Source: Lama glama (Eukaryota). From it: 64,000 nucleotides of DNA. Positions 24,501 through 36,839 of the stretch are shown here, one piece after another (positions within the stretch are counted from its first letter, which is position 1; each line of letters opens with the position of its first letter). Made by a program: the position numbers and the translations under genes. The notes under the pieces were generated by a model that was not told the DNA's origin, did not search any database, and worked only from the letters and a program-made list of their open reading frames with translations. The DNA lies in the NCBI GenBank assembly GCA_028534125.1, contig CM052818.1, positions 20,400,001 to 20,464,000 on the forward strand. The letters are read 5' to 3'.

Positions 24501-27500
24501 AGAACGGTGGTGACAGTTGGTTGCATTCACATCAGACAGCAGTTCCTGAAGCTCTTGGCCCTCGCAAGCCAAGACAAGGTGACTTTACACCCCATGGTGC
24601 GTAGGAGTTGCCACCCTTGGAAGGTGGTGAGAGCCAAGATTTGCCCTGGGGCAGCCTTCTGAACTGCTCAAGAGTATGATCACACCCACTTCATCCAGAC
24701 TTTCTTTCCTCAGAAACTTCACAAGGCAGGCAAGGGAGGATTAACCCCACAAATCATATCAGTATCTTTATCCCAATCTGGTTCTGCTGACCTTTAATTC
24801 ATCCCCTCCTCCAGGGCACTCCATCAAGAACCTCTCACAACTACAACTGGCTATTTCCCAGGGCACCCACATGGATCTTGAAAAGATTAAGGGGCACGGA
24901 GCTGGCAGGAGGATGTTCCCGTCTCTCACCACTTCTGATCTTCTTTGAACAAGAGCTCGAGGCTGCTGTCTTTGGGATTAGACAGCTCTGTTCTCCAGGC
25001 CCTCGCCTTCTCTCTCCTCCAGTGGACAGAGATTTCAGCTGTACATGCTTTCCCTGCAAACCCTGGGAAGAGCTGAGCCAGCACGTCCCAAAGTTCTGAC
25101 TTGGGTCACTTATAACCCACTGCATTTCTATAAAACTTAAATGGAAAGTAAACTTTCACTTCAGGTGAAGTGAGCCGGAAAACAAATGGGAAGACAATAG
25201 GCCAGGTGGCCTTCCTGCATGGTCAGTCCAAGAGTGACCTGGCATGACTCACAGCCACGGACGATCTGATCAAGGGTCCCGAGGGCCTGGAGCCCTGTGG
25301 TGGGCAGGAATTTGAGAGACATAGGGCTCCTCGTGGCTCCTTTGTAGAACGATTCTGCAAACTCTGGTCACGTTGCTTGATATTCAGCCAATGTCCTATA
25401 CCTTGGGAGGGCCACTGTCAAGTTCACAGTCAGGGCTGGCCTTGCAGATAGAGGGTTAATGGCAGCCTTAATTGTTTTATGTTTATTAATGACTGGAACA
25501 TGCAGAGCACTGAATCCAGTCCATTTCAGGATTTATCATCACTGCCATCCAGGGTTAGCCACACAGATAGGTATCAGTGGCCATTCATGTGGTCTCACGC
25601 AAGGAGGTGGAAAAGCCCTTCACCAAATGGCCTTCCCCACTGGTGCCCAATGTTCTACTGTGGGAAAGTCATTCTTTCCTCTCGAGAGGCTATATAAAAT
25701 AGACACGGAGCCTGCTTTGGGGTCACATGCCTGGATTCTAATTCTGGCATTTACCAGCAGGGCACAGTTAAGCAGACCCTCTTGAAGAGATCTGTAAGTA
25801 TAACAATATTAATAACAGTATTTACCTTATGCTAAGCAAGCTCAGGGCCTGGCATATGGTACGTGCTTGACCAGCGATAGCTGTGTAGTGTGGCCCTCCG
25901 AGGTCCTCCTCTGAGACTCAAGTTCTCCCAGAATACGCCCTACTTTTAGTGCTCTGGTGTGCCCATCATTTCCCTACCTGACGGGAGCAGCCTGGACGCC
26001 CATGGAAGGGAGTGAGGGGTTGGAAGAGGAGCCAGAAATGAAAGAACCACACTGGCGAAGAAAAGGGCAGTGAAAGGGATGCCTGGGGAGGAGACAAGCA
26101 TCCCCACTTTACTAAGTGCCACCACCTCTGTATCCAGCCCACAATGGTTTTGAGGGTCGGCGGAATTCACCCACCTAAATATCCAAGGATTTACAAGTGA
26201 AGTTACTTGAGAGTGTTTTTTTTTTTTAAGTGGAGGATCTATTTACATAAAGTAGAATGGATAGATCTTAAGTGTCAGGTCAATGAGTTCTGACATACAC
26301 ACCAGTGCAGCCATCAACCAGCCCAAGCTGAGTTGTTTTTTATGTACTGGCCCAAAGGCATTCCACACATAGCTTGGGAACACCCACTGCGGACACACGG
26401 ACCTTTCCCTACAGCCTGGGGTGCCTGAGGCAATCCACAAGGTGCAGAACAACAGTGGCTCCCTGCAGTCTAAAGGGAGTAAATGGAACTAGAGCAGTGA
26501 AGCAGAATGGAGGGGAACACTGAGTCACCACCTCAGTGATTCAGTCCTAAAGGCTGTGATGTCAGTGAATCTGGGCAAGAATCCACAAGCAATGACCCGG
26601 GTTTGCCAGGGGGTGCGGAGGGAGAGGGGCACGACGGCCGATCACTGCAACTGACTCCTAACACCCAGATTCTTCGCACCCCTGACTCAGCCATCCCCCA
26701 CCATCAAATTGATCTGGAGTAAATCACATCACAGCTCCATGCCTCAGTCTCCAAACCTGTCAAACAATGCCTTTGTGGACCGAATGCTTCTGTGTCTTTT
26801 TGGGCTCCAGCAACTTAAACAATCCTGTGTTGATGACCTAGACAGGGCAGTTTCAGTGTTTAGGGACTCGAAATTCTCCCTTGTTTCCTTAAGACAGACA
26901 CAGCCTCCCCACAGCTGTCTGGTGTGCTCTGCAAACAGGGACTTTTCATAAAGAAGATCCAGGAAAGCAGGAGTGGAGGCTAGGTTTGCACCAAGATGGG
27001 GTAACTCAGCTGACACATTTTTCTCTCCTGGTTTCACCTGGTAAGAACTTGATATTCCTGTGTCCTCCTCAAAGGCATTTGGGATAGTGGAACTTGAAAA
27101 CATTTAAGAAGAAGAAAAGGAATCTGGAAAGAGGAAATTCTGGTCTGGGTAATCTCAAAGACTTCAAGATTTTCTCTCGGGAGGGGGAGTAAGAGCTAGT
27201 TCTCATCTTGTATGTCTCAATTTTAACTGACCTGCAAGACCCAGGGCAAATGGTACATCCTCCTGGGAAGCCCCTCGCTAGAGGGGTCCATGGAGGATTC
27301 CTGTGGCCCTCAACCCGCACCCTTCTTTACGCACATGTACCCTGTACTATATACAGTTACCTGTGTGCAGCTCCTATCTCCTGGCTGACACAGTTATGAT
27401 TCTTCTAATTCTTCATAGGCTAAGTGCTTTGTACATGGCAAGTGCAAAAATTCCTTTTTTTAAAAGGAGGAATAAATGAATGAGTGTGAGGTTTAGGGAA

Positions 27501-29071
27501 TTCCGAATTACATCCCTCTAATAAAAGCAGAAAATTACCTAAAACGAGCTCTTAAGTCCTCCTGAATCTTCATTGTTGTGTCCTAGCTGACAAGATGTAA
27601 TCACTCTGGCTAGAATGATTTGTCACTTTACATAATACTATAAAAGTTGAAAGACTATCTGAACTAAATCATAATGAAAATAATCACATGTATTCATGTA
27701 GCACTGCGCAGTGTATAAAAGAAAGGAACAGCGGCTAAACTTCAGGGGAGGGGGAGTGAGAGGTCAGGCTACTTTTATTTTCCTCCTTAAAGCACTCGTC
27801 TGCATTATTTAATGTTTTCTTGTAAGAATATATGGAAATTATTCAAATGATGTTTAATTAAAGCTGAAGTTCATAGTTTTGACACAGATACACTCATTTA
27901 ATTTCACGTGTATTATAATACATACCACGCATTTTACTGTGGAAAAACTGAATCTCAAGAAGATGAAAAGACTCACCCAAGAATTAACTGCAGAATCGGA
28001 AAACTGTATGCTTATGTAACAAAGCACAGGGAAGAAGGGAATTCGTAGTCCTTTCATGTTCCAAGCCTTGCTACGAGGACCTCATCATCAAGCTAAGATA
28101 ACACTAAGTGCACGGCCTGTGCCAGTCCCTGCCATTCCCCTCCTGAGAGCTATGGGGACACCTTTCACATCACAAGGGTGGCATGTTCCTTCCTACGTGA
28201 CACATACATGAAATGTACACATGACTTGCTGATTATCACCTAAATGGATTCGAAGAAGGAAATGCTGCCTATATTGTTAGCTCTATTCTCACCTGTACAA
28301 TTTGGAAGTCATCAACCAAATGATGTTATCGTGGTTATTATCCTATCTCACATGTCAATCTTTTCCAGACATCTCAGGGTGCACCCAGATAAGCATTGTC
28401 CTTGGCCAAAATATTTCTTTAATTGGTTCGGAACTTAACTAGCACAGTGATTCACTTTGTCAATATTTAATAGGTAGAAATAGGATCCTTACTGGATCTG
28501 CCTCAGACGAACATGAGAAATAAAAAATATTTGTTTTTAATGCCCTGATTCCTATGCTTCTCTAAGCAAGAGTGCTCACATGCCATGAACCATGCTAGGG
28601 GTGTCATGCCCCAAGAAGAAGCAACAAATTCAGAACAGCAATTAGGTCTGGTTTCTAAGAGTTTGCTCTGATAGCTATTTGGACTCAGACAAAACTTCCA
28701 GCTAACTGCAGCAGCCCCTCTCCTGGGCTTCCTGTTTCAATCAGTGTAGAAGAGATAAACCTCTCCAGCAACAGAGGCCTTTTATCCTAAAGAACCACCT
28801 CCCCATAATCAGTGAATTTATCATCTTGGGCCAGAGCCAGCCAGGAAAGGCTGACATGTCATCATAAAATCCCAGAACTCAAGTGAACCTTCAAGGCTGT
28901 CTAAGTCAGTAACTTTCCATCACTTGAAATCCCTCTAGGCGCCTCCAGTGTACACCTGAACTGCCCAATGACCAGGGGGCTACTCACTTCAAAATAAGTT
29001 AGTTTAGCTCCCCTGGTCCTCAGCCCCTCAACAGATAGAATTGTGCTGGCTGAATCTTCCTTCCCTCTTCC

Positions 29072-29238
29072 TTTTTTTTGGGGGGGGGTTAATTAGGTAG
29101 GTAGGTATGTATGTATGTATGTATGTATGTATGTATGTATTTATTTATTTATTTATTTATTTATTGGAGGTACTGGGGATTGAACCCAGTATCTCATGCA
29201 GGCTAAGTAAGCACTCTACCACTGAGCTATACCCTACC
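29072..29238 (-). mobile_element. tRNA-derived SINE, camelid Vic-1-like, with expanded internal microsatellite
   Basis: Antisense ggaggtactggggattgaaccc...gcactctaccactgagctatacc, with the ggggttaattagg 3' segment and a poly-T tail. Confidence 0.85.
29094..29165. repeat. Compound microsatellite (TAGG)3(TATG)8(TATT)7
   Basis: Counted directly. Confidence 0.95.
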
Positions 29239-29707
29239 TTCTCCCCTTCCCTTTTTAATTCAACCATCAATCCTTCAAGTTTCTGCAAAGTCCTGCTTCT
29301 TCCTCAAATCCCTCCCACTGACCTCCTGTCCCACTTACCTCTTGACTGCTGCTCAGTCTATATACCTGTCAGTGTGTAGTTTGACGTAGGTCTATATTAT
29401 TTCCCAGTCCTAAGACTGGAGACTACGTCGTTTGCTCTCACCCGCCCTCCTGTCACCTAATCCGTAGCTGACTGCACTGACGGTGTTGAATGTGCAGATG
29501 ATGTCTTGGCCACTAAGCTTCAGCCTGTGCATGCCAGATGCTGACTTCTTGAGGCTCAGGTCTGATACCAGCCATAAGAATGGATTATGTCTGACAGCAA
29601 GTGGCCACTAGTGTTCCTCCAAGGGATTAACAGTGCTACTGCTTCCCCCTGGGAATAGGTGTCTGTGGTGTTTTCAATCATTGTAGATTATTAAGCAAAA
29701 GGTGCAC

Positions 29708-29962
29708 TATGTGTGTGAGAGTGTGTGCGGGGATGTATGTATGTGAGTGTGACAGCTGGGAGGAAGTGAAGACGGATTTGTATTTGTGAATGAATATAAG
29801 CGGGAGTGTGTGTGTGTGGGAGCGAGGGTGTGAGCGAAGGTAGGTAGGTGTGTATGTGGCCCATGGGTGGGGTGGGGTGAGTGTGAGTGATGCATCAGTA
29901 CAGGCATGTGAGTGTGAGCGCATGCATGACTGCAAATGCATTGTGAGTGCACTAGTGTGTAT
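29708..29962. repeat. Degenerate (TG/GA)-rich low-complexity tract
   Basis: Directly visible; generates the His/Thr-rich spurious ORFs. Confidence 0.7.
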
Positions 29963-32900
29963 ACACAACGGTATATACATGGCCTTGGACACAAGTAATC
30001 ACCTTCACTCTTGCTCTGATAAACATGTTCTCTGCTTCTTCCATTCCCTGGACCTAGCTGGATCGACTAAGGCAAAGGTCTTCAAATATCTTTGAATGCA
30101 CATACCAGAAAAAGCTTTTTGATGTACAGGTTTATTTTCTCATGACAAACATGTAGTACTAGTAATCCATATATTAAATATGAAATGAAATCATTTTCCT
30201 GTTTCTTAGGTGAGAAAACAAGATACAGAAGGAAGGTCTATGATTTGTTTCCCATTTCCCAGGGGCTCATCCTGCCTAGCCCACACTGTATGCAAATTCC
30301 TCTTTGGAGGCCACGCCGCTGAAACACCAAGGCCCCTAATCCAGCTTCTCACCCCTTTCCTAGACACACAACCCAAGGGTCAGCAATGGATTACTCAAAG
30401 CAAATGCCAGGCAATGGGCTGGAAATGGGTTCTGTGTTCTTTGCACATGAGGACAAGCTCCAATTTGCGTGGCCAATGCCAATTTCTAGGAGCCAATAAA
30501 TAAGGGACAAATGGAAACCACCAGGAAGATGCAGAGACGAGTTCTAAAACATGAAGTCAGCTAAGCAAGGAGACTCTGAAGTTACCTGGGGGCGAAGGGG
30601 CATGTGTGCATATGTTTGTTTGTTTAATGTACTTGCTGGCTGTTTACCACCAGCCCAGCGAAGCGGGGGATGGGTTACATTCACGTCTCAGAAATCACAG
30701 CAGATTCCCGCAACAGTTTACAGCAAGCATGACTTAAAAGTGCATTAGCTAAAGGCCACTGGAATCACTTAAGAAAAACACTTAAAAAAAAAGTTATTGC
30801 ATTTTCTCTTAATGACATGGAGTTGGAAGCGTCTCCTTGAAAGCCTTAGTAATCTAGTGAAAGAGAGTGCCCAGATTCTACTCTCCAGGACAGTGCGATA
30901 TAAAATGATGAAAGAGGCCGCAAAAAGGTCAGCTCCAAGGCCTGACCACGGACAGCAAGGCTGCTCAATAAGGGAATGTAAATGGTGAAACCGGAGGAAG
31001 GTAGGGGGGCTGGTTTTCCACAACCCCGTCTCTTGTCCGTCACCACTGGGGAGCTACCAAGATAAACTTGTAAGATGTTTAATAATAATGTTTCACACTT
31101 CTATCCAATTTCTCTTTCTCCAAACACACGGATATCCATCATTTCACTAAGGACCCGCGCTGACCGTATGAAGGAGGCTTGGAGGAGTCTAATGTCTAGA
31201 GGTCTTTTTTTTTTCTTTCTCTTTTCACATTTTCCAGAAGAAACAACTTGAAGAGGGACAGTCCAGCACCTCCTCCACCCTGGCAGGGTGCTCTAGGCTG
31301 GATTTCACTGGGGCTGGCTGAGGTTGAGGCCAGTGGGGAATTAGCCTACCGCGCTGGATTCCTGCATGCTGACTCAGCCATGGGACTCCACGCGGACAGA
31401 CAGCTATAAGTGATGGAGTGGCCTGCAGATGCGGTGCTCACCATGCCTGACTGGGTGAGAGGACCAGCCTCTGCCCTTGGAGTTCACAACATCACAGATT
31501 ATGACTTGGGAGATGTTCTTGAGACTATAATAGAGTGAGGAAGAAAACAGGCATGGTTTTGTAAATATACGCTTACTCAGTTTAAGCAGATTTGTACGTC
31601 TGTTCCTCCTGTTCCAGAAGTTGCTGAATAAGGAACAATACAATGAATTTACGGTTAAATAATCAGGAGAAGGCAAGGCTGAGGCAAAAGACGAGTCCAT
31701 AAGTTAGAAAAGAATGAAAACTGGAGGCCAGAAAAAGTTGGCTCCCTGAATAAACAGCTGCTGTAAAAAACTGATAGGGGTGGGAAGGATGTACCGGTAC
31801 CACAATGTTAAAAGGGACCCAGCAGCCATCAAGGATGCCACGTGGAAAATTCAGGACAGGTGTAGACTAGGAAGGGAGAATGGAGGTTCTGGTTCACCCA
31901 GGAGAGTCCTGTAACTCCCGTTTTCCCAGAGTCATTATGAATAGCACCACCTTTCACAATTGTGTCCTTTCCTGGAGGATAAACTACTTATCCTTCTTAA
32001 AAGCCCACAAGATGCACTGAATTGTCAAACAGCATCTCCTTCAGCTGAGCCATCCACACTGGATTCTGCATTTGTACAACCTCTTCAAAGGACTGAAAAT
32101 TGCCTTCTCAGCCTGCCCTGAGGTGGGGAGAGCTCCGGTTTTCTCCTGAGCAGATGCTTACAGAGTGAGGTTACAGTTCTTTGCTTCTGGGGCTACACTG
32201 GCTCTGAGGATACATGAGGATTGGGGTAGGGGACTAGGGGAGGAGAGAGAGTGGATTTGGGGGTTGGAGGACATTAATGGAGCTCACTCTCACCATGGAG
32301 AAGCCAACGGTGGGGAGAGGGAACTGGGGCCCAGTGAGATCTGTGTTCTGTGCTGAGATTCTGCAGCCATTCACTGAGCCTCATTTTCCTCATCTCTAAA
32401 TAACTGTTAAAAAATCTGCTTCCAAAGTTAGTGTGACCTTAAGAATGGAATCGTTATAAAGTATCAGGCACATAGTAGGCACTCAAGAATGGTAGCTACT
32501 GTTGGAATAAGGACGGACACCTAAAAGGAATTTTCCTAAAAATCAAATCACCTAAAATGGGGGCCCATCAGGTTTTTACCACTACCCCATAACATAGTGG
32601 CTTAGGTCAGCTCAGGCAAAGAGACACGGGAAGTCACAGTAGGTATTCTACCAATGACCTTGGTGGTGCGTCAAGGAATTCAGTATCTGCTAACCCCGCC
32701 CCACATCCAGGTATTTTTTATTGAAGTACCATTATAAAACTACAAACGGAAAATTTTTAAAGGAGTAGATAAAAAATATATAGATGGAGTTGAATTTTTT
32801 CCTCCCAAAGAGGATCATGTTGCTCAATCTCTTGGAGAGCACATTTCTCTCTCATGATCACTGCCTGCAGGACCAGTAAAAGAAGATCCAGCAAGATTCA

Positions 32901-35769
32901 GACACTGGTCTTGATGCTGGAGATATGATAGCTCAGCCCTAGCAGGTGTTTGGCTAATGCCTGCTAATTGATTATAGTCTGAAAGTGTAAAAGGGACAGG
33001 CAAAGCCATAGCTTTTGTCTCTGTCCCTTTTAATAAAAACACACACCAGTAAGAGGCTGTGGGGTGGGGGACGTCTTCCAGAACTGGGCATTCCTGACAC
33101 CTTCAGAAAATCCATGAGATCCAAAAATCATGCCTCACCACTCGAGTTGAACAAGACCTTAGGATGCTTCAATTTTATGAGATAATAGCAAAATAAAATT
33201 TAAAAATAACAGCAATAAACAATCAAAGATCATGCAAAATGTCTGCTTTTAAGGTGGGTGCAGGGGCTGTGGACTACATTCTCTGGCGTGGGCCGCATTT
33301 CCTATACCTGCCCACCATGGCCACATGGGGGCGCATGAGTCAACGCCTTAATCTGGGCTTCCTGCGGGCTTCCTCCCTGTAAAGAAACAACGATGGAGGA
33401 GGAGGAAGTGTAGGTGAGCCGAGAAGCACTACTGGATGAGTCCTTGCTTGGCCCACTGCCGCCAAGGCAGTGACTCAGGCTGATTGCCCTGGGTGTTTCA
33501 GAACTGTGTGGGTGCTCGCTAAAGAGGTTTCCCCCTCACTTCCTAAGCACTTTCCCAGCATCGTGGCCTGGGGCACTGGTTACTGTCATTACACGCAGGG
33601 AGGCGGGAGCGATGGGATGGAGAATTGAATTAATACACAAAAGGTACTAGTGAAATAACCACCTAACCTGCTATGGGGGAAGCAAATGAATACCGCCCTC
33701 CAAAGGAGAGCCTTGGAGGACAGGGGTAGGACGAGGGTGTCAAGCAACAGCCTGTTCTTCAGTGCATCACCATGGTGTCCTTGGCATGAAAGGCATGCTT
33801 GCCCTTAGTGCCTGCCAGCTCTGCTCAGGGGGGAAAGAACCCAGCCTGAGATGCAGACTGATTCCCAAACAGGGCAGTGCCAAGCTTCTGGAACAGAGGT
33901 TCTCCACACCCACAGGCCGCAGCATCTTCACCACCACATATACACATGTCCACATCCAGGAGAGAAACCAGCAGCCCTAACATCCAGCATCACCAGACAC
34001 CGCCAGGTGAGGGCAATCCTGCACCCCAGGGCTCCAGGGCACAGGCACAGTGATGTTAAAGATCACTGTGTACTCCAACAGCACCGATCCAGCAGATACA
34101 TTAGGAGAAGGTGATCTCAATCCCCAAACTCCTACCACAGAAGAATTCAGCTGAGCTGTGGTTTTCTTTGAAGATTTTGAAAAAGAAACACACTTCTTTG
34201 TATTCTATTTTTAAAGATGGTGTAAAATGCAAATTTTGAAGCCTTCGTACTGTTATTATGATTTTTTTAAGACAGAAACGGTACTCCACAGAAGCTCCTA
34301 GTTTGAGGACGGCTGCAGGAGAGAAGGGATTCATTCCTTTCTACCCTTTTATCGCTCATAAATAGAATAATGCTTAGTTAATAAAGAGTCAATTAAAGCA
34401 GAGACTCATGTCAAAATCACACATATACTTAAAGTATTTTAACTGACATTATACATCCAAACTTCAAACATTTACCTGAAAATATGTACACCCATTGGCC
34501 AGTAACAAAGCCAAAATCTTGTCTTAAGAGCATGCTTCTTGTTTCCCGTTCTGCATTCTCTCCCTCCTGGATAATGGATTATCTACGGTTTCTAATTTCT
34601 TTATAGTAGAGCAAAAACATAAAGATATCTGTAAACAATATGACGTGAGAATCTTTTTAGAACCTTATTATCTACCCCTCTTCCCCCTCCAGGAGTCTAT
34701 TTTCTCTCTCACACATAATTCAACAGTGATTTTATTAGCAATTCATCCCCAGTGACTCTTTCTAACACTTTCAACTTAGTTTTCAGAGAAACGTTTTCCT
34801 TTCATGCTATTTCATTCGGTTAAGTGAGATTGGATCAAAATCATGTAATTATATGAAAAACAACAAACATAAGCGACTTTTGATAGCTATGAAACTACAA
34901 TGATGGAGACAGAAGTGCAGGGAGTTCAAGAGAGCAGGCTGCTATGCTATAGACGAGAGTTTTCAAGTGTGCTCTTGGGTGTCAGAAGGAATGGGAAGCA
35001 GGGTGAATTCACCAAGTCTGTAAAGCAGAAGTAGGTTAAGAGAATTTCTCCTAAACTTTGGTGGAAATGCCTGAAAAGCAGCAGACTCAGCATTTATAAT
35101 ACGGGCAAATTTGCTAGATAGAATTTATATGCAACCCTTCAAAAAACCAAATCTGATGCCCAAGCACTGAACACCTGCTGGCCCCTAAGCTTCCACCAAT
35201 CACCTGAGCTGGTTACCACCTGCCCAAGTTAATATGGTTTCACTACAGTGTTGCCCAAACCCTAGGTTTGCACGGCAAACCCCAGTTTCCCTAGGATTGA
35301 AAACTTCTCCTAATTGAAAAGGCAGACATATTAGGTGAAAGGTAGAACAATAAAGCTTTTGGAAGAAAACAAAGGTAGATATATCACAACTTTCGAGTAG
35401 GTAGCACTTTCTTAATCATAACACACAAAAAAGCACTAACTATAAAGGGGAAAAAAAATGGGTAAATTGGACTACAGTCATTGAGGACTTCTATTCATCA
35501 AAATATATTCTTAAAGAGTGAAAAGGCAAGCCACAGATTTGAATAAGGGACGTGCAATTCGTATATTCAACAAAGACTCAGATCTGGAATATATGAAGAT
35601 CTCTTACAAATTAGTAAGAAAAAGGCAGACAATAGGAAAATGGCAAAAGACATGAGCAAGCACTTCTAAAGGGGGATAGCCAAACAGCTACTAATCATAT
35701 ATAAAGTGCTCAAGAGGAATGGAAAGTTAGCAGACAAATGCAAATTAAAATCAAAATGAAACTGAAAGG

Positions 35770-36180
35770 TAAATGTTTCAACAGACTGTGGTACATACAT
35801 ACAATGGAATGTCATTCAGCCTTAAAAAGAATTTCTGATCTATAACAGGGATGAGTCTTGAATACATTATGCAAGTGAAAAAAGCTAGTCACAAAAGGAT
35901 AAATACTACACAATTCTACTTACATGAAGCACTTAGAATAATCAAATTCATAGAGAGAAAGCACAATGGTGGTTGTCAGGGGTGAAATGCGGAGTCAGTG
36001 TTTAACAGGTACCAAGTGTCAATTTGGAAAAACAAAAAAGTTCTGGAGATGGATGGTAGTGATGGTTGCATAAAAACATGAATGTACTTAATGCTACTGA
36101 CCTGTATACTTAAGAATGGTAAAAGATGGTAAATTTGAAAGTTATATATATTTTACCACAGTAAAAAAAGAAAGAAAAAT
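35770..36180 (+). mobile_element. Nested L1MB-like 3' end fragment
   Basis: tgtggtacatacatacaatggaat...cagccttaaaaag...gttctggagatggatggtagtgatggttgca...aatgtacttaatgctactga...atattttaccaca, then A-rich tail. Confidence 0.8.
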
Positions 36181-36614
36181 TACAAAGAAACACAACCATT
36201 AGAACAGCTGGAAATGGAGAAAAGGTGAACAATACCAAAGTTTGGCAGACTCGTGGAGCAGCAACTCTTCAGACTCTGTTGGTGGGAGAGTAAACCAGTA
36301 CAGCCATTTTGGAACACTGACAGTATCTACTAAAGCTGGGCAGTAGCCACCTCACGACTCAGCAATCCCATTCCTAGGTATGCATGCAGCACCAATGAGT
36401 TCATTTGTTGACCAAAAGATGCAAGCTAGAATGTTCATGGCAATGTTATTTGTACTACCTCTAAACTAGAAACAACTACATGCCCATCAATAGTAGAATG
36501 GATAGACATTCCCACAATTCTACAGCAATGAAAATGAATAAACTACACACAGCAGCATGGAGGAATCTGATAAACATAATGTTGCATGAAAGAAACCAGG
36601 TACAAAAGAGTGTG

Positions 36615-36839
36615 CGGTCATCCCTCAGTATCTGCATGAGGGATTGGCTCCAGGAGCCCAAGTGGATACCAAAGTCCATGGATGCTTAAAATCTGTAGTT
36701 GGCCCTCCTTATCCGTGGTTCTGTATCCACAAATTCAACCAACCACAGATCATGTAGTACTGTAGTATTTGTTGAAAATAAAAATCCATGTATAAGTGGA
36801 CCTGTGAAGTTCAAATCCATGTTGTTCAAGAGTTAACTG
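36615..36839. mobile_element. TcMar-Tigger non-autonomous element (MER2/Tigger2-like)
   Basis: cggtcatccctcagtatc...gattggctccagga...ggataccaaa at the left end; aagtggacc...gttcaaatccatgttgttcaagagttaactg (Tigger2-type terminus) at the right end. Confidence 0.75.

Noticed and set aside
26708..26719. ATTGATCTGGAG, resembling the start of the preceding PRKCE exon (IDLE)
   Set aside because: Wrong strand, and the similarity does not extend.
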